From contig JBLFXO010000001.1 in the NCBI GenBank assembly GCA_047609865.1, positions 1 through 42,437 of the forward strand: a stretch of DNA of 42,437 nucleotides. Direction: 5' to 3'. The notes beneath the pieces are model-generated. The model did no database searches. It was not told the origin of the DNA and was given only the letters and a program-made list of their open reading frames with translations. Made by a program: the position numbers and the translations under genes. Of the stretch, positions 37,177 to 42,437 are shown piece by piece. This DNA comes from Arenicella sp. GTDB lineage: Bacteria; Bacteroidota; Bacteroidia; Flavobacteriales_D; Crocinitomicaceae. The stretch's first letter is position 1; every line of letters starts with the position of its first letter.

Positions 37177-37794
37177 ATGTTCGGATTATTCAAGAAAAAA
37201 GAAAAAGGTGCAGAAGTAGTTGATAAAATTTGGATGGATGCTCCCGCAAGAGACAGAGGACTTATTCAAGATGTCAAAAGGAATCTTGAAATCGGAAAGG
37301 ACGTAGTGGTACTCTATTTTTTCAAAGACAGCGGAACCGAATTAGAAAAGTTTTTCGCTTTGCATGATATATCTTCTCAAACGAACAATTTTCATTTGAT
37401 GAATGCCAAAGACGCTGACACTTCCATGAGTACTGCATCTCAATTAGCAGATCAACTGAAAGGCAATTTTCACCTCATTTTCACAGAGCACTACCCTACC
37501 AAGACGAAAGAAATAATGGTGATAGAAGCTATCCAAAATAAAACACCGAAAGTATTAAATCCTTATTTCTACATTTCAATGGATAGCCCCTTGATGAAAA
37601 TGTTTGGAGCAGACAGAATGAAAAAGATGATGGCATCTATGGGCACAGGAAGTAACGAAGCCATAGAACATAGTATGATTTCAAAAAGCGTAGAACGTGC
37701 TCAACGAAAAATAGAAGCTTCGGTTGCTAACCCTTATGACAAGAACTCAGCCGAAGAATGGTATAAGACGAATTGTGAGACTTATAAGGGATGA
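37177..37794 (+). CDS. Small SecA NBD2-like protein
   Basis: HLMNAK, HLIFTEH, FYISMDSPLMKMFG, EAIEHSMISKSVERAQRKIE in SecA order; ATG 37177. Confidence 0.75.
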   Translation: MFGLFKKKEKGAEVVDKIWMDAPARDRGLIQDVKRNLEIGKDVVVLYFFKDSGTELEKFFALHDISSQTNNFHLMNAKDADTSMSTASQLADQLKGNFHLIFTEHYPTKTKEIMVIEAIQNKTPKVLNPYFYISMDSPLMKMFGADRMKKMMASMGTGSNEAIEHSMISKSVERAQRKIEASVANPYDKNSAEEWYKTNCETYKG

Positions 37795-37805
37795 TGATTA
37801 ATTAG

Positions 37806-37937
37806 GTACTCGATATAATTCCGGAAAAACGGAACTACTCGAACAAACCTCAATAATTTCTTAAGAGACAGGTAAGTCATTTAACAATCAGGTTTGTTCG
37901 AGTGATTATGACTTTTCGTCATAATCGTATCGAGAAC
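37806..37937. repeat. Inverted pair of family A REP-like elements (BIME-like)
   Basis: 37806-37850 (+) and 37890-37937 (-) share ctcgata...actcgaacaaacct. Confidence 0.85.
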
Positions 37938-38815
37938 TAATGCAACTTCAATCTCAAATCCTTTTCCCTAACTTTTCTTTTAAATTGCTTCACAGCAAAC
38001 ACTAAAAAGAAAATCAATCCTGAAACGGAGACCATTGCCCCTGTAATGCTGACGTTAAATTGAATAGCCAATAGATAACCAATAATTACGGCAGCAATAC
38101 CTAACAATGATGCAAACAGTATCATTCGCTTGAGTTTTAATGTAATTAGCTGAGCGGTTGCTGCCGGAATAATCAAAAAGCCAACGACTAAGATTGCTCC
38201 TACTACCTCAAAGCTCACAACTGTAACAAGTGAAACTAAGCCCATCATTAAATAATGCCACTTATTCATATTGACCCCAATAGAAGTTCCGAAATCCTCA
38301 TTAAACGAAAGCAACTTGAATCCTTTAAACCCAAAACCGACTACTAAGCCAATTATCACTGTTGCGAATCCCTCAATATAAAAAGCTCTTGGCCCTAAAT
38401 ACAAATTGCTATCCACTATAATTTTATCAAGATTAATCAATGCGATATCACCATATAAGACGCACTCCATATCAATATCTACGTTTCCTTTCATCCATCC
38501 TGAAATCATGATCATTCCAATTGCGAATAAGAGTGTGTATGTAATTCCAATTGATGCGTCTGCCTGAATTTTTGCTCGTTTACTTAACCAATTAATGAGT
38601 AAAGAAGTGAGGACACCAGTCAAGGCGGCCCCTACCAACATCAAAGGAGACGTTCTATCACCAGATAAGTAGTAAGCCACAACAATTCCGGGTAAAACAG
38701 AATGAGAAATTGCATCACCAACCATTGACATCTTTCTCAACACCAAGAACACGCCCAATACCGAAGCATTAATGGCTACCAAACTGGCAGTTAATATGAT
38801 GAATAAATCGTTCAT
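37937..38815 (-). CDS. Metal (Mn/Zn/Fe) ABC transporter permease (TroD-like)
   Basis: GDAISHSVLPG, VGAILVVGFLIIPAATA. Confidence 0.93.
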   Translation of the reverse strand: MNDLFIILTASLVAINASVLGVFLVLRKMSMVGDAISHSVLPGIVVAYYLSGDRTSPLMLVGAALTGVLTSLLINWLSKRAKIQADASIGITYTLLFAIGMIMISGWMKGNVDIDMECVLYGDIALINLDKIIVDSNLYLGPRAFYIEGFATVIIGLVVGFGFKGFKLLSFNEDFGTSIGVNMNKWHYLMMGLVSLVTVVSFEVVGAILVVGFLIIPAATAQLITLKLKRMILFASLLGIAAVIIGYLLAIQFNVSITGAMVSVSGLIFFLVFAVKQFKRKVREKDLRLKLH

Positions 38816-38977
38816 TTTTTCGTGTTTCGTTCCTTTAAGTGCAACTTAAAGGGTTCGTGTTTCGTGCGTCCTCGCTTCGCTGGACTTTTCGTGTTTCGTT
38901 TTTCGATTCCCATTGCCGAAAAACGGAACACGAGAAACGACATTTGCCATCTTGTCCGAAACTCGGATCACCGAGCG
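38816..38977. repeat. Heptamer-repeat multi-hairpin intergenic element 1
   Basis: TTTCGTG/TTTCGTT units; 9-bp perfect stem at 38832-38852; ~20-bp stem 38886-38936. Confidence 0.8.
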
Positions 38978-40261
38978 CTAATAATCCTCTTCCGGTATTC
39001 CTGTTATTCCTAATTCTTTTTCTAGTTCTTTTTCTAATTCTGGTGATATAATGTGCTCAATTGCTTCTGCACCTGAATGCACGTGATCCGTATCAATCGT
39101 TGTTCTTTTCAATAAATACTGTTCCCAAAGTCTGTGTAATCTCACGATTCTTCTACTCTCTTCTTTTCCGGATTGAGTTAAAAAATAAGTTTCGCCATCT
39201 TTCAGAACAAAGTCTTTTCTCATCAGTTTTTTCAAGCCACTCAAAAGATCATCCGTATCGTATTTTCTCATTGAAATGAAATCAGCGGTTTGTAATTTCA
39301 GGTCAAGTTTCTCATGCAGTTTTTGTCGTTCGTGCCAATGATAAATGGATTTTAAGATGTTTTCAAGTAATATCTTATCCTTATTTCGTCTCGATCTACG
39401 ATATCGGGAAATCATTCCCTTTTGAGGTGCAATCAATATAGATCCAAACATAAACACTGACAATATCACAACTACCCAAGGACCAGTTGGCATTCCTGAA
39501 TTCGCATAAGAAACATAGGCTCCTCCTATCCCTGAAAAGACAGAAAAACAAACGGCAAGGACTAACATAAAGCGCAACTTATGTGTCCATAATCTGGCGG
39601 CAGCTCCTGGCGTAACAATAAGAGCGGACATAAGAATAACACCCAAAGCTTGGATTCCAGCAGCAATCGCCAAGACAGTCAAAGAAGTAATTAAGAACTC
39701 AATGAACCGAACAGGTAATCCTATTGAATGAGCAAAATCTTTGTTAAACGCTACCACAACAAAAGCTTTATAAAACAGAACCAAGGCCACAACTATCATC
39801 AATAAGATGATTCCAAAAGCAATTATTTCAGACTTATTAATGGCCGCGGCCTGCCCAAATAAGAAATGATCAAGGCCTGAATGTTGGCCTCCCGAGTTTT
39901 TCTGGATGTATGTTAAAAGCACTATTCCCAGACCAAAAAAAGATGACAATACAATTCCGATAGCGGCATCTTGCTTCACTTTAGACCGATTCACAATTAA
40001 GTCAATGGCATAAGTGGCTAACCAACCTGATGCAAAGGCTCCGATCATTAAATAAGTGATGTTCTTCTCTCCGGCGAACATGAAACCAAGGCAAAGACCT
40101 GGAAGTAAAGCATGCGCAACGGCATCTCCAATTAAAGCTCTCTTTCTTAAAAATGCAAAGGTTCCTATCAAGGCAGATGACGAATTGATAAACAACATTC
40201 CCAGAACTACATAAAGTACGTTAGGATCTTTGAATGTTATGAAGTCAATTAAGGTGTTCAT
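38978..40261 (-). CDS. Metal ABC permease (TroC-like) fused to a DtxR-like metal-binding/dimerisation domain
   Basis: GDAVAHALLPG; C-terminal RLHRLWEQYL...HVHSGAEAIEHII. Confidence 0.92.
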   Translation of the reverse strand: MNTLIDFITFKDPNVLYVVLGMLFINSSSALIGTFAFLRKRALIGDAVAHALLPGLCLGFMFAGEKNITYLMIGAFASGWLATYAIDLIVNRSKVKQDAAIGIVLSSFFGLGIVLLTYIQKNSGGQHSGLDHFLFGQAAAINKSEIIAFGIILLMIVVALVLFYKAFVVVAFNKDFAHSIGLPVRFIEFLITSLTVLAIAAGIQALGVILMSALIVTPGAAARLWTHKLRFMLVLAVCFSVFSGIGGAYVSYANSGMPTGPWVVVILSVFMFGSILIAPQKGMISRYRRSRRNKDKILLENILKSIYHWHERQKLHEKLDLKLQTADFISMRKYDTDDLLSGLKKLMRKDFVLKDGETYFLTQSGKEESRRIVRLHRLWEQYLLKRTTIDTDHVHSGAEAIEHIISPELEKELEKELGITGIPEEDY

Positions 40262-40445
40262 TTAATTCGTTTTTCGTTCCTCACAGCTTCGCTTGAGGAC
40301 CCTTCGGGGTTTTCGTTTTTCGAATCCGAGACTTGTTCTTGAATTCTAATTAATATTTCAAATTTCTAAGAGCATCCACTCTTGACTTCGAAAATCGAGA
40401 ATCAAAAAACGAAACACGAAAAACGAAAACCCGGGTACAATCGCC
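40262..40445. repeat. Heptamer-repeat multi-hairpin intergenic element 2
   Basis: Perfect 16-bp inverted repeat 40307-40322 / 40417-40432; tcctca-c-agc-ttc-gct-tgagga and ccc-ttcg-ggg hairpins. Confidence 0.8.
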
Positions 40446-41237
40446 TTACAAATCAACATCCTTCTCCCTAATAGGGAATTCAGTTTTCTTAATGAGCTCA
40501 ACAACTTTAGAAAGTAAGGTTAACTGACCTCCATAAGCATTGGATAAATTTTCTTTTGTTAATACTTCTTGAAGACTTCCTTTTGCAATTAATCTAGTAT
40601 TGAGCAGCACCAAATAATCAAAGTACTCTGAAACCGTTTGTAAATCATGGTGGATAATCAATACTGTTTTGCCATCAGCTTTCATCTCTTGCAATAAAGC
40701 CAGAATAGAAGATTCGGTTGCGGCATCAACTCCTACAAAAGGTTCATCCATTAAATACAAATCAGCCTTTTGCGCCAAGGCACGTGCTATAAATACTCTC
40801 TGTTGTTGCCCACCAGACAACTGAGAGATTTGACGATTCTTGAATTCTGTTAAGCCAACTTTTTCGATTGCTTGATTAGCGATTTCAATGTCTGCCTTGT
40901 TAGTTCTTTTGAGTAAGTTCTTCTTACCGTATCTCCCCATCATGACAACATCAAAAACGGAAGCTGGAAAATCCCAATCAACTGATTCTCTTTGCGGAAC
41001 ATAGGCCACCCTGCCTCTTACCTCCTCCAAATTTTTATCGTAGATCTTTACAAAACCAGATGCAGGATCGATTAGACCCATAATTGACTTCAATAAAGTC
41101 GTTTTCCCAGAACCATTTGGCCCTATTATACCGATAATCTGACCTTGAGGTAACTCAAAATCAATATCCCATAAAACGGGTCCGCCATCATATGAAACCG
41201 TGAGGTTATGAACTTCTACTGATACTTGGTTTTTCAT
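40446..41237 (-). CDS. Metal ABC transporter ATP-binding protein (TroB/MntA-like)
   Basis: GPNGSGKTT, YVPQRESVDWDFP, LSGGQQQR, MDEPF. Confidence 0.95.
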   Translation of the reverse strand: MKNQVSVEVHNLTVSYDGGPVLWDIDFELPQGQIIGIIGPNGSGKTTLLKSIMGLIDPASGFVKIYDKNLEEVRGRVAYVPQRESVDWDFPASVFDVVMMGRYGKKNLLKRTNKADIEIANQAIEKVGLTEFKNRQISQLSGGQQQRVFIARALAQKADLYLMDEPFVGVDAATESSILALLQEMKADGKTVLIIHHDLQTVSEYFDYLVLLNTRLIAKGSLQEVLTKENLSNAYGGQLTLLSKVVELIKKTEFPIREKDVDL

Positions 41238-42151
41238 TTTAAGCCTTCAACGATTGTTGTCACATTTGCTTTTATCATCCCTATGTATGTTCCGGCATCT
41301 GAGTCGGGTTCTCCCAAAGCATCAGAATATAAAGGTCCTGCTAAATCTACTGAGTAGCCTTTGTCTTTGCATCCTTCAACTATAGATTGAGCCGTTTTGC
41401 TAGATGTTGACGTTTCAACGAAAATGGCTTTCAACTTACGATCTATAACGAAGTCAACCATGTCAGCTATCTCTTTCAATCCAACTTCTGATAAGGTTGA
41501 AATTCCTTGAATTCCTTTAACTTCTAATCCGAAACGCTCACCAAAATAAGAGAAAGCATCATGTGACGTAACCAAAACTCTTGAGTCAGGATCTAAGTCC
41601 CCAATCTGACGCTTCACCCATTTATCAACTGTCTTAACTTCTTTCTTATACTCTGACAAGTTCAATTTGAAGGTAGAATCTAATTCAGGTTCAATCTTAC
41701 CTAGTTCAGTTGCTACGTGGGTTAATCCATCCAACCATTTATTACAATCAAACCAAATGTGAGGATCATGAGCATCTTCAAAATCAGCAGATTTAATAAT
41801 ATCTTTTTCTTTAATTCCGTCAGAAACTAAAATCACAGGTTTCTCTTTGCTGTATTTCGTTAACATCTCGGCCATCTTGCCTTCTAGGTGTAAACCATTT
41901 GCAACAATGACATCTGCTTCATCCAATATCTCAACATCCCCAGGAGTCGGTTTATAGATATGAGGATCGGTTCCTGGCCCCATCAGAGCAGTCACTTCAC
42001 AATCAGAACCAACTATATTCAATACGCCATCTTCAATAATACCGGTAGTAGTCACTATATTCAAAGGACCTATTCTCTCTTGAGGTTCATCATCAATTCG
42101 ACAAGAAACCAAAGCGATTCCGGCCAATAATAAGTAAATTACATTTTTCAT
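41234..42151 (-). CDS. Metal ABC substrate-binding lipoprotein (TroA-like)
   Basis: Lipobox LVSC; DPHIY, DPHIW, SHDAFSYF, LYSDALG. Confidence 0.95.
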   Translation of the reverse strand: MKNVIYLLLAGIALVSCRIDDEPQERIGPLNIVTTTGIIEDGVLNIVGSDCEVTALMGPGTDPHIYKPTPGDVEILDEADVIVANGLHLEGKMAEMLTKYSKEKPVILVSDGIKEKDIIKSADFEDAHDPHIWFDCNKWLDGLTHVATELGKIEPELDSTFKLNLSEYKKEVKTVDKWVKRQIGDLDPDSRVLVTSHDAFSYFGERFGLEVKGIQGISTLSEVGLKEIADMVDFVIDRKLKAIFVETSTSSKTAQSIVEGCKDKGYSVDLAGPLYSDALGEPDSDAGTYIGMIKANVTTIVEGLK

Positions 42152-42437
42152 TTTGACTTAAATTTTACCGCAATGTTCTCGGCTACCTTTTTAGATAAGC
42201 TGATCTTCTGTTTACCATTTAATTCTACCGAAATAGATTCATCAAATGTGATTCTTTCTAAAACTTTGATAGAACTTCCTAAAGCTAAATTGATTTGGTC
42301 TAGATATTGTAAAAGCTCATAGGAGTCCTCACTTACTTGAACAACTTCAACAAGAGAGTCAACTGCAGTCTCGCTCAAAGGAACTTTAGATTCTTGATAA
42401 TCTATCTTTCCATCCTTATCAGGAATAGGGTCTCCGT
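42148..42437 (-). CDS. DtxR/MntR-family metal-dependent repressor, C-terminal part with FeoA domain (truncated by window)
   Basis: Frame extends to the edge as GDPIPDKDG..., followed by an FeoA-like domain LLQYLDQINLALGSSIKV. Confidence 0.85.
   Translation of the reverse strand, partial: GDPIPDKDGKIDYQESKVPLSETAVDSLVEVVQVSEDSYELLQYLDQINLALGSSIKVLERITFDESISVELNGKQKISLSKKVAENIAVKFKSK

Noticed and set aside
38816-40445. CRISPR array, Mn riboswitch, or the short ORFs 38822..39013, 38839..39051, 39061..39279
   Set aside because: No constant repeat-spacer period, no yybP-ykoY consensus recognised, and the ORFs are antisense products of repeat or coding sequence

Overview
AT-rich bacterial chromosomal window that looks like Bacteroidota (probably Flavobacteriales): TAnnTTTG -7 promoter boxes, no obvious Shine-Dalgarno motifs, and typical gene neighbourhoods (BamA/TamA-TrmH, recF-DUF721, guaB-SurA-type PPIases, bshC). 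Most of it is housekeeping, envelope and regulatory genes, ending in a DtxR-regulated Mn/Zn/Fe ABC operon. I saw no rRNA, tRNA, CRISPR array, integrase, transposase or reverse transcriptase. The most notable observations are: (1) a ~3.5 kb islet (YdjC deacetylase plus three lipoprotein genes, two of them disrupted) bounded by a 75-bp direct repeat made of the 3' end of a glycosyltransferase gene plus a REP-like hairpin; (2) a stand-alone small protein resembling only the NBD2 domain of SecA, with motif VI eroded; (3) a tandem pair of signal-peptide + TonB-C-terminal-only proteins duplicated with an ECF-like promoter; (4) heptamer-repeat hairpin elements inserted between genes of the metal ABC operon; (5) several dispersed REP-like families, one with covarying internal stems; (6) candidate operator arrays for an XRE and a LytTR regulator. 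All family calls come from reading motifs by eye; no database searches were run.
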